Part shown: piece after piece, positions 54,857 through 63,052 of the stretch | Layout of the letters: each line of letters starts with the position of its first letter | How positions within the stretch are numbered: the stretch's first letter is position 1 | Assembly: GCA_019136515.1 (NCBI GenBank) | Contig: JAGVUB010000164.1 | Span: forward strand, 14,394 to 78,393 | Direction of reading: 5' to 3' | DNA from: Verrucomicrobiota bacterium | GTDB lineage: Bacteria > Verrucomicrobiota > Verrucomicrobiia > Opitutales > Opitutaceae | Length of the DNA stretch: 64,000 bases | Notes under the pieces: generated by a model | Database searches by the model: none | What the model saw: the letters and a program-made list of their open reading frames with translations, nothing else | What the model was told of the DNA's origin: nothing | Program-made: the position numbers and the translations under genes

Positions 54857-57388
54857 ATGCTCGACTCCGATACCAAACGCCGCATCGACACCGCCCGCGA
54901 CATCCTCGTCGGCAAAGTCCCCGACCCGAAGTCCCAGGTCGAGCAGATCACCATCGCCCTAATCTACAAATTCATGGACGACATGGACGCCGAGTCCGAG
55001 GAGCTCGGCGGCAAGCGGAAGTTCTTCGTCGGCGATTTCGCCCGCTACGGCTGGGCCAAGCTCATGCGCTCCGGACTCGGCGGCCACGAGACGCTCGCCC
55101 TCTACGGCGAGGGTATCACGAAGATGACGGAAAACCCCGGCCTCCCGTTGCTCTTCCGCGACATCTTCAAGAACGCCTACCTCCCGTACCGCGACCCCGA
55201 GACGCTCAAGGCCTTCCTGAAGATCATTGACGAGTTCCGTTACGACCACTCCGAGCGCCTTGGCGACGCCTTCGAGTACCTTCTCTCCGTCCTCGGCTCG
55301 CAGGGCGACGCCGGGCAGTTCCGCACCCCGCGCCATATCATCGATTTCATCGTCGAACTCGTCGCCCCGCAGAAGGGCGACGTGATCCTCGATCCCGCCT
55401 GCGGCACCGCCGGCTTCCTCATCTCAGCCTACAAGCACATCCTCCGCTCCAATACCGACGCCAAGGGCCACTCTTGCCTCACGCCCGACGACCGCGGCCG
55501 ACTCGCCAAGAACTTCAGGGGCTACGACATCTCGCCCGACATGGTGCGGCTCTCCTTGGTGAACCTCTACCTCCACGGCTTCACTGATCCCCACATCTAC
55601 GAGTACGACACCCTCACCTCCGAGGAGCGATGGAACGAGTACGCCGACGTCATTCTTGCCAACCCGCCCTTCATGTCGCCGAAGGGCGGCATCAAGCCCC
55701 ACAAGCGTTTCTCCATCCAGGCCAAGCGCAGCGAGGTGCTCTTCGTCGACTACATCGCCGAGCACCTAACGCCTACTGGCCGCGCCGGCATCATCGTGCC
55801 CGAGGGGATCATCTTCCAGAGCCAGACCGCCTACACCGAGCTCCGAAAGGCCCTTGTCGAAAATTCCCTTGTCGCCGTCGTCTCGTTGCCTGGCGGCTGC
55901 TTCAACCCGTACTCCGGGGTGAAGACCAGCATCCTCATCCTCGACAAGTCGCTTGCGAAGCGCGCCGCCACCATCGCCTTCTTTAAGGTCGAGAACGACG
56001 GCTTCGGCCTCGGCGCCCAGCGCCGCGCCATCGACCAGAACGACCTGCCCGCGGTGCAGGCCGAGCTCGCCGCCTACCTCGCCGCCCTCCGCCGCGGCGA
56101 CTCCGCGCCGGCAGCGTCGTCCACCAGTCTCGTCGTCCCGAAGGCCAAGATCGCCGCCAACGGCGACTACAACCTCAGCGGCGAGCGGTATCGGGAGGGC
56201 GTGGCCAGCACGTCCTCGTTCCCCTCCGTAGCTCTTGGTGAAATCTGCGAACTGGTACGTGGTGTTGTCTTCTCAAAGGAAGATGAAGTGTCCGAGGGGG
56301 GCGCCCAGGTGCTTCGGGCCAACAACATCAACAAAGACCGCTACGAGCTGAACTTGGACGACATCAAACGCGTGTCGCCCAAAGCCGACTTCTCAGACGA
56401 CAAGAAGCTGAAAAAGGACGACATCTTTATCTGCCTCGCGAGCGGGAGCAAAGATCACGTCGGCAAGGTTGCGCTCATCAAGAGCGACACCGATTTCTAC
56501 TTTGGCGGCTTCATGGGCGCGATCCGCGTCAAGGCTGGTCGACTTCTTCCGGGCTACCTGCTGAAGCAGCTTACGACCGGCCATTTCAACAATTTCCTGC
56601 GGGACCAGATTGCCGGCGCCAACATCAACAATCTCAGCGGGGGACTGCTCTACCGCTTCCAAATCCCCCTGCCGCCGCTGGAAGTGCAGAAGGAGATCGT
56701 GGCGGAGATCGAGGGCTACCAGGCCGTCATCGACGGCGCCCGCGCCGTCCTCGACCACTACCGCCCCCACATCCCCATCGACCCCGCTTGGCCGCAGGTG
56801 GCTCTAGGCGAAGTTTGCGCAATTAAGTCAGGCGGAACACCGGACCGATCAAAGGAAGCCTATTGGGGCGGTACTATCCCTTGGGTCACAACAACGCTCA
56901 TCGACTACGGGATCATTGACCGGGCAAACGAGTACATCACCACAGAAGGACTGGAAAACTCCTCCACCTGGATTGTGCCCAAGGGGACTGTCTTGATGGC
57001 GATGTACGGACAGGGTGTGACCCGTGGACGGGTTGCCGTTCTCGGCATTGATGCAGCGATTAACCAAGCCTGCGCAGCCTTTCTGCCCAAAGATCGATCA
57101 CTTGACACCGGATTTCTGTTTAGGGTGCTCCAGTCTCGATATGAGGACCTTCGGAGGGTTAGCGACGCTCGCGGGGGAAACCAAAGCAACCTGAGCGCAC
57201 AAGTTTTAAAGGAGTATTCCATCACCATCCCGCCCCTTGAGACGCAGCAGGCCATCGTGGCGGAGATCGAAGCGGAGCAGAAGCTGGTCGCCGCCAACCG
57301 CGAACTCATCGAGCGCTTCGAAAAGAAGATCCAGGTCACCCTCGCCCGCATCTGGGGCGAGGAATCGCCCGCTGTGTCGGAGGGATAA
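54857..57388 (+). CDS. hsdMS: Fused type I methyltransferase-specificity polypeptide (HsdM N-terminal, two-TRD HsdS C-terminal)
   Basis: HsdM motif I DPACGTAGFL and motif IV ANPPFMS. From about residue 450 there are two target-recognition domains, each followed by a conserved helix (PLPPLEVQKEIVAEIEGYQ; IPPLETQQAIVAEIEAEQK). Confidence 0.88.
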   Translation: MLDSDTKRRIDTARDILVGKVPDPKSQVEQITIALIYKFMDDMDAESEELGGKRKFFVGDFARYGWAKLMRSGLGGHETLALYGEGITKMTENPGLPLLFRDIFKNAYLPYRDPETLKAFLKIIDEFRYDHSERLGDAFEYLLSVLGSQGDAGQFRTPRHIIDFIVELVAPQKGDVILDPACGTAGFLISAYKHILRSNTDAKGHSCLTPDDRGRLAKNFRGYDISPDMVRLSLVNLYLHGFTDPHIYEYDTLTSEERWNEYADVILANPPFMSPKGGIKPHKRFSIQAKRSEVLFVDYIAEHLTPTGRAGIIVPEGIIFQSQTAYTELRKALVENSLVAVVSLPGGCFNPYSGVKTSILILDKSLAKRAATIAFFKVENDGFGLGAQRRAIDQNDLPAVQAELAAYLAALRRGDSAPAASSTSLVVPKAKIAANGDYNLSGERYREGVASTSSFPSVALGEICELVRGVVFSKEDEVSEGGAQVLRANNINKDRYELNLDDIKRVSPKADFSDDKKLKKDDIFICLASGSKDHVGKVALIKSDTDFYFGGFMGAIRVKAGRLLPGYLLKQLTTGHFNNFLRDQIAGANINNLSGGLLYRFQIPLPPLEVQKEIVAEIEGYQAVIDGARAVLDHYRPHIPIDPAWPQVALGEVCAIKSGGTPDRSKEAYWGGTIPWVTTTLIDYGIIDRANEYITTEGLENSSTWIVPKGTVLMAMYGQGVTRGRVAVLGIDAAINQACAAFLPKDRSLDTGFLFRVLQSRYEDLRRVSDARGGNQSNLSAQVLKEYSITIPPLETQQAIVAEIEAEQKLVAANRELIERFEKKIQVTLARIWGEESPAVSEG

Positions 57389-57391
57389 GCA

Positions 57392-58138
57392 ATGGAAGAA
57401 GCCCTCGAACTCTCCAACTACCTGCCGCTCTCCTTCAAAACGCCGAAGGAACAAGAGTACATCGAGTTTCTATGGGAAGCGTTCGACACGAACTACCAGG
57501 CGGGAAAGTACCAGTTCGCGTTCCTCGCGTACCACATGCTCACGATGAGCTTCGTGTATTTCAACATCTGGCAGATCAAGCAGACCGAGCCGGCCGATTT
57601 CGAGAAGGGCCTCATCGGCTTCGGCAGGGAGGTCGAAAAGAACCTTCTCGGGGCAACCTCACCCTTTGTTTTCAGCACGGTGAACGAACGCTCGATGTTG
57701 CGTTTCCTGAAATTGATCGGTTGCGACAACGGCAAAGTCGGTACCTACGCCAAGCTCGTTGATGACCGCAACGAATCCGCCCACCCCAACGGAAACATAT
57801 TCTACAGCGACCAGAGTGCTCTCGACCGGAAGATCGCGGAGGTCCTCCGCGTCGCGGAAGAGATCCAAGTCCATTCGAGACCGGTTATCGAGCGCTGTTA
57901 CCGCGAGTTTCTCCTGGAGAGTCACGACAACGAGGATCGTCAGTACCCCGAGGCGAAGGACCAAATTTTCGAGGTGCTGATCCACGAGAACTACCTGTCG
58001 CAAAAGGATATTGAGTACTGTCTGGCATTCGACCTGTCGCAGCTTGCAGATCAACCCGCGTTCACGGCGATCCAGTCACTACACCAAGCGCTCGTCGCGC
58101 TCTTCCCGGATTCGGTTCCAGCGACCGCCGCAAAGTAA
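57392..58138 (+). CDS. HEPN-like protein (RNxxxH motif)
   Basis: 248 aa and all-helical-looking. LVDDRNESAHPNG contains R126-N-x3-H131 (nt 57767-57784). It starts 3 nt after hsdMS. Confidence 0.5.
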   Translation: MEEALELSNYLPLSFKTPKEQEYIEFLWEAFDTNYQAGKYQFAFLAYHMLTMSFVYFNIWQIKQTEPADFEKGLIGFGREVEKNLLGATSPFVFSTVNERSMLRFLKLIGCDNGKVGTYAKLVDDRNESAHPNGNIFYSDQSALDRKIAEVLRVAEEIQVHSRPVIERCYREFLLESHDNEDRQYPEAKDQIFEVLIHENYLSQKDIEYCLAFDLSQLADQPAFTAIQSLHQALVALFPDSVPATAAK

Positions 58139-58143
58139 CTACC

Positions 58144-59202
58144 ATGTCCTTCAGCATGAAACTCTGGCAGGTCGCCGAAGATGGCGGCCTGAAGTCGGTC
58201 CCGAAATCCGTCCTCGATAAGGAGGCCCGGCTGGAGGAGTGGGTTCGCAAAGACCCGAGCTTGCTCGGTATGGACGTGCTGATCATCGGCCAACAGGTCG
58301 TGACTCCAAACGGGGGCCGCATCGACCTGCTCGCCCTCGATGCCGAGGCCAACCTCGTCGTCCTCGAACTCAAGCGCGACAAGACCCCGCGGGAGGTCGT
58401 TGCCCAGGCGCTGGACTACGGCGCCTACGTGCGGCGGCTCTCGTTTGACCGCATCGACGAACTGGCTCGGAGCTACTGCGGTAAGCCCGTGGCCGATGCC
58501 TTCGCCGAGCATTTCGCCGAGCCATTGCCGGATGAGATCAACCAGAGCCACCAGCTCATCATTCTGGCCTCGGAGCTGGACGAATCGTCCGAGCAGATCG
58601 TCGAGTACCTGACCGAAGCGTACCAGGTCCCGATCAACGCGATCTTCTTCATCTTCTTCAAAACCGTCCAGGGCGAGTTTCTTGGCCGGGCATGGCTGAT
58701 GGACCCCGAGGAAGTCCAGGAGCGCGCCGTGTCCAACAAGCAGGCTCCCTGGTCCGGCTACTACTTCGTGAACGTCGGCGAGGGCGAGCACCGCAACTGG
58801 GACGACTGCCGCGAGCACGGCTTCCTCGCCGCTGGCCACGGGCTCAAGTACAGCCGCCCTCTCCGCAAGTTGAACGAAGGCGACCTCGTTTTCGCCTACA
58901 TGAAGCAGACCGGCTACGTCGGCTTCGGTAAGGTCGTCCAACCCGCCGCCGCCGTCCGTGACTTCATCGTGGCCAAAGAGGGCAAGAAGCTCCTCGACCT
59001 GTCCCTTCGCCAACCAGGGATCGCCGACCTCGCCGAAGACCCCGAAATGGCCGAATGGGCCGTCGGCATCGAATGGAAGAAGACCTTCAACCGCGACGAG
59101 GCCAAGTGGTTCAAGGACGCCTTCGCCAACCAGAACATCGTCTGCAAACTCCGCGACCCCGCCACCGTCACCTTCCTGAAAAAGGAGTTTGGCGCCCAAT
59201 AG
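58144..59202 (+). CDS. NucS/DUF91-like PD-(D/E)xK nuclease fused to a C-terminal PUA/EVE-like domain
   Basis: N-terminal half: EEWVRKDPSLLG...GRIDLLALDAEANLVVLELKRDK...VVAQALDYG (D61, E75, K77; nt 58324-58374). C-terminal half: WSGYYFVNVGEGEHRNWDDC...LNEGDLVFAYMKQTGYVGFGKVV, resembling EVE/ASCH-type readers. The C-terminal call is tentative. Confidence 0.6.
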   Translation: MSFSMKLWQVAEDGGLKSVPKSVLDKEARLEEWVRKDPSLLGMDVLIIGQQVVTPNGGRIDLLALDAEANLVVLELKRDKTPREVVAQALDYGAYVRRLSFDRIDELARSYCGKPVADAFAEHFAEPLPDEINQSHQLIILASELDESSEQIVEYLTEAYQVPINAIFFIFFKTVQGEFLGRAWLMDPEEVQERAVSNKQAPWSGYYFVNVGEGEHRNWDDCREHGFLAAGHGLKYSRPLRKLNEGDLVFAYMKQTGYVGFGKVVQPAAAVRDFIVAKEGKKLLDLSLRQPGIADLAEDPEMAEWAVGIEWKKTFNRDEAKWFKDAFANQNIVCKLRDPATVTFLKKEFGAQ

Positions 59203-59204
59203 CT

Positions 59205-59789
59205 ATGGCAACCGACTCTGAGCTCGAGTCTGCTCGTGATCTGGTCTTTCAGGGGATGGGGCGGAACTTAATCCATTTCCAGCGCCTCGAACTGATGCTG
59301 AAGCATATCCTCGGGCGTTATCGGGCTTCAGTTACGGTTGGGACCAAGGAATGCGATGTGGCGCAACGCCAGTCGGCGGTGGAGAAGAAGACTCTGGGCC
59401 TTCTCGCTGGAGAGCTTTTTGAAGACCTACTCGTGAGGCTATCCGACGATGGTGCGTTCCCACCTCATGAGCCGGACCCGGACAAGCTTTCCTATCGTGT
59501 CTGGTTGGGGCTTCCCGCGGAGGACCATGCAGCTGAACAAGCCCGGCTCAAGGGATTGATCGAGGAACGAAACCAAATGGTGCACACCTCTCTCTTGACG
59601 ATGGATCTCCGCACGATCGAAGGCTGCCAAGCTGCGGTGCGGCAGCTCGACGAGCAGCGCGGTCGAATCCAGGCGGAGTTCGAACGAGCGAGAAACTACA
59701 GCGAGAAGGTGACCGCCACAGCGAAGCAGCATTTGGAGAAGATGCTGGATCCCGCTTTTCGCAAGGGGCTGGGCTTTCGTGCGGAATGA
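59205..59789 (+). CDS. Hypothetical helical protein with a second RNxxxH (HEPN-like) motif
   Basis: 194 aa. LIEERNQMVHTSL contains R122-N-x3-H127 (nt 59568-59585). It starts 2 nt after the nuclease gene stop. Confidence 0.4.
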   Translation: MATDSELESARDLVFQGMGRNLIHFQRLELMLKHILGRYRASVTVGTKECDVAQRQSAVEKKTLGLLAGELFEDLLVRLSDDGAFPPHEPDPDKLSYRVWLGLPAEDHAAEQARLKGLIEERNQMVHTSLLTMDLRTIEGCQAAVRQLDEQRGRIQAEFERARNYSEKVTATAKQHLEKMLDPAFRKGLGFRAE

Positions 59790-60015
59790 TCAACTCGATC
59801 GGGTCGAGGCCGCGGGGAGGGCATTGAGTCTTTGCGCGTGTTACCCGCTGGCCGCGGCTTCAGGTTACACTTTGAGCCGGATGCGAGCGCAACGGTTTCG
59901 TTTCGTGGTGCTCCATTCGGCGGGGCTCAAAATGTCGTCATGTGTATTCGAGAATCGGTTTTTGGAAGCATTGTTGAGGTGCCATTTTGCGTCTCTCAAA
60001 AGCCCTGGGAACCGA

Positions 60016-60037
60016 AGTAACCCGGCGAGTAACCCGG
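60016..60037 (+). repeat. Two direct AGTAACCCGG copies (putative arm-type sites, attR side)
   Basis: AGTAACCCGG occurs at 60016-60025 and 60028-60037, in the same orientation as the attL-side pair. Confidence 0.55.
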
Positions 60038-60160
60038 TGGCCGGATTTCGGACGTTTATCGGGATCGCAACAGTTCCCAGGACTCACGGGCTTTTCGATT
60101 TTCCCTCTGGGGAGGAGTCTTGAAGTATCCTGAAAACTGCTGCAAATGTATCCAGAAAAA

Positions 60161-60199
60161 TTAGAAAACCGTTGCTCTATCCGGCTGAGCTACCCCCGC
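60161..60199. repeat. attR core: orphan copy of the tRNA-Arg 5' half (39 bp)
   Basis: Identical to 48308-48346. No tRNA 3' half follows, so this copy is not a functional tRNA. Confidence 0.9.
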
Positions 60200-60265
60200 G
60201 GAGGCGTCATGGCGGCAGCATGGAAACGCCACAGGCACTGGCAAACCCGAAGCTCGGGCGGTCCG

Positions 60266-61198
60266 TCAGATCTCGTAGTGGTCGCCGCTGGTGAACGACA
60301 GCTCGACCTCGAGCGACTCGTGCTTGCGGCGGTGCCGGACGGAGAGGTTGGCTCCCTCGTAGGTGACGAGACTGTGCTCGGGAATCGAGTTCATCAGCCA
60401 GACGTTGGAGCCGATGATCGAATGCGCGCCGACGCGGGTGTCGCCGCCGAGGATGGTGGCGCCGGCGTAGATCGTGACGTGGTCGCCCACGTCGGGGTGG
60501 CGTTTCACGCCCTTGACCGGGTTGCCCTGCGGGTCGAGGGCGAACGACTTCGCCCCGAGCGTGACGCCCTGGTAGAGTTTCACGTGGTCGCCGATGGTGG
60601 TGGTCTCGCCGATGACGACGCCGGTGCAGTGGTCGATGAAGAAGTGGGTGCCGATCCGGGCGCCGGGATGGATGTCGGCGCCGGTGCGCTCGTGGGCGTA
60701 CTCGGTGAGCATGCGCGGCAGGAGCGGCACGCCGCGCTGGTAGAGGATGTGCGCGATGCGCTGGAGCGAGATCACCAATACGCAGGGGTAGGCGAGGATG
60801 ATCTCGTCGTGGCTGCGCGCGGCGGGGTCGCCGTTGTAGGCGGCCTCGACGTCGGTCTGGATGAGCTTGCGCAGGCCGGGCAGCTCGCCGAGCAGGTGGA
60901 GCGCTTCCTCCTTGGCGGCGCCTTTGGCGTCGGCGTGGCCGGCGAAGGCGAGGCTCTTGGCGATCTCGGTGCGCAGGCTGCGCTCGATCTTCGTCAACAA
61001 CGCGCCGACGAGGTCGGCGACTTCGCTGCGGCTCGGCGTCTGGCTCTCGAAGAAGCCGGGGAAGAGCAGGTGCATGAACCCGCGCGCCAACGCGTCGACG
61101 GCGGCCTCGGAGGGCAGGTTCGAGCCGTCGAGATGGTTGATGCCGCCGTCCTGCTCGTAGGAGCGGAGGAGCGCGGCCTTGATGGGTTCGAGCGGCAT
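60266..61198 (-). CDS. cysE: Serine O-acetyltransferase
   Basis: N-terminal SATase helical domain (DPAARSHDEIILAYP) and hexapeptide core (GADIHPGARIGTHFFIDHCTGVVIGETTTIGDHV). The start was set at ATG 61198. Confidence 0.88.
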   Translation of the reverse strand: MPLEPIKAALLRSYEQDGGINHLDGSNLPSEAAVDALARGFMHLLFPGFFESQTPSRSEVADLVGALLTKIERSLRTEIAKSLAFAGHADAKGAAKEEALHLLGELPGLRKLIQTDVEAAYNGDPAARSHDEIILAYPCVLVISLQRIAHILYQRGVPLLPRMLTEYAHERTGADIHPGARIGTHFFIDHCTGVVIGETTTIGDHVKLYQGVTLGAKSFALDPQGNPVKGVKRHPDVGDHVTIYAGATILGGDTRVGAHSIIGSNVWLMNSIPEHSLVTYEGANLSVRHRRKHESLEVELSFTSGDHYEI

Positions 61199-61227
61199 GG
61201 CGTCGAGTTTCCGCCGGGGGCGGAGAC

Positions 61228-62943
61228 TTATTTGATGATCATGTCCTTCACCGTCTTGCCGGCGGGAATCATGGGCAGGACGTGCTCCGTGTACGGCACA
61301 ACGACGTCGAGAACAAAGGGGCCGTCGTGGTCGAGCATCTCCTGGATGGCGGCGCGCAGTTCGGACTTCTTGACAACGCGGCGGCCCTTCACGCCGAAGC
61401 CTTCGGCGATCTTGACGAAGTCCGGGTAGAGTCCGTCGAGGTTCTCGGGGCCGCCGATGTTCGCCTTGTCGCCGAGGATGGTGTTGCCGCGGACGCCGTT
61501 GTAGAAGCGGTCCTCCCACTGCACGACCATCCCGAGGTGCTGGTTGTTCAGGATCATGGCCTTTGCGCCGATCTTCTCGATCGCGGCGGTCGCCAACTCC
61601 TGGATGTTCATGGTGAACGAGCCGTCGCCGTCGATGTCGACGACCTGCTTGTCGGGCCGGGCGACCTTGGCGCCGAGGGCGGCGGGGTAGCCGAAGCCCA
61701 TCGCGCCGAGGCCCAGCGAGCTGATATAGCGGCGCGGTTCGGCGAAGTCGTAGAACTGCGCGGCCCACATCTGGTGCTGGCCGACGCCGGTGACGACGAT
61801 CGCCTCGCCCTTGGTCAGTTCGTAGAGGGTGCGGATCGCCTCCTGCGGGAGGATGTGCGGGCTCTGCTCGTAGGAGAACGGATACTCCTGCTTCCAGGCG
61901 GCGCACTGGGCGCGCCACTCGGTGGTGTCGGGCGCGGCGGATTGGCGCGCGGCCTGGAGCGCATTGAGGCGCGCGAGGGCGAACTTGGCATCGCTGATGA
62001 TGGGGAGCAGGACGCGCTTGTTCTTGTTGTGCTCGGAGGCGTCGGTGTCGATGTGGACGATCCTGGCGCGGTGGGCGAAGGCCTTGGTGTCGCCGGTGAC
62101 GCGGTCGTCGAAGCGTGCGCCGATGCAGATGAGCAGGTCGCACTGGTCGGCGGCGAAGTTGCCGGCGACGGTGCCGTGCATGCCGAACCACCGCAACGAG
62201 AGCGGGTGGGTCTCGGGGAACGCGCCGACGCCCATGAGCGTCGTCGTCACCGGGATCTGGTTGTGTTCGGCGAAGGCGCGCAGGTCGGCGCTGGCTTCGG
62301 CGGCGATCACGCCGCCGCCGATGTAGAGCAGCGGTTTCTTCGATTCGACGAGCAACTGGAGGACCGTGGCGAGCTGCTCATCGGTGGCATGCTTCTCGGG
62401 CCTGTAGGCCGGGAGCTGCATCGCGGCGGGCCAGACGGGAGTGAACTTCGCCTGCTGCACGTCCTTCGGGATGTCGATGACGACCGGGCCGGGGCGGCCG
62501 GTGGTGGCGATGTGGAACGCCTCGCGGAAGATGCGCGGCAGGTCGTGCACATCCATGACGAGGAAGCTGTGCTTCACGATCGGCAGCGTGAGGCCGTAGA
62601 AGTCGGTCTCCTGGAACGCGCTTTTCCCGATGTATTTCGAGAACACCTGTCCGGTGATCGCGATGAGCGGGATGCTGTCCATGTACGCGTCGGCGATGGC
62701 GGAGACGAGGTTGGTGGCGCCGGGGCCGCTGGTGGCCATGCAGACGCCGGCTTTGCCGCTCACCCGGGCGTAGGCGTTGGCGGCGAACCCACCGCCTTGC
62801 TCGTGGCGCGGGAGGATGACGCGGAACTTGTCGGTCTTGGTGAAGGCCTGGTGCAGCTCCAGCGAGGCGCCGCCGGGATAGGCGAAGACGACGTCGACGC
62901 CCTCGCGGATCAGGCACTCGGCGACGCAATCGGCGCCTTTCAT
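61228..62943 (-). CDS. ilvB: Acetolactate synthase large subunit (biosynthetic type)
   Basis: TPP-enzyme signatures: [20 protein letters not shown], and [18 protein letters not shown]...DGDGSF. The start was set at ATG 62943 (MKGADCV). Confidence 0.93.
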   Translation of the reverse strand: MKGADCVAECLIREGVDVVFAYPGGASLELHQAFTKTDKFRVILPRHEQGGGFAANAYARVSGKAGVCMATSGPGATNLVSAIADAYMDSIPLIAITGQVFSKYIGKSAFQETDFYGLTLPIVKHSFLVMDVHDLPRIFREAFHIATTGRPGPVVIDIPKDVQQAKFTPVWPAAMQLPAYRPEKHATDEQLATVLQLLVESKKPLLYIGGGVIAAEASADLRAFAEHNQIPVTTTLMGVGAFPETHPLSLRWFGMHGTVAGNFAADQCDLLICIGARFDDRVTGDTKAFAHRARIVHIDTDASEHNKNKRVLLPIISDAKFALARLNALQAARQSAAPDTTEWRAQCAAWKQEYPFSYEQSPHILPQEAIRTLYELTKGEAIVVTGVGQHQMWAAQFYDFAEPRRYISSLGLGAMGFGYPAALGAKVARPDKQVVDIDGDGSFTMNIQELATAAIEKIGAKAMILNNQHLGMVVQWEDRFYNGVRGNTILGDKANIGGPENLDGLYPDFVKIAEGFGVKGRRVVKKSELRAAIQEMLDHDGPFVLDVVVPYTEHVLPMIPAGKTVKDMIIK

Positions 62944-63052
62944 CTCGCGGGGGGCGTGAACGTGGGAGTGGGCGGGGGCGGAGGGTACTTCCCGGTCGAC
63001 GAAAAAGGCCACCGCGCGGAGCACGGTGGCCTCGAAATCGGCACGGAGGTGC

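Larger units (their letters stand above)
48308..60199. mobile_element. Integrative genomic island (~11.9 kb) in tRNA-Arg, carrying a restriction/defence operon
   Basis: Perfect 39-bp direct repeats at both ends. A tyrosine integrase sits next to attL. The island also carries two excisionase-like HTH genes and a RepA-like ATPase. AGTAACCCGG arm-type repeats occur near both ends. GC is lower than in the flanks. Confidence 0.8.
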
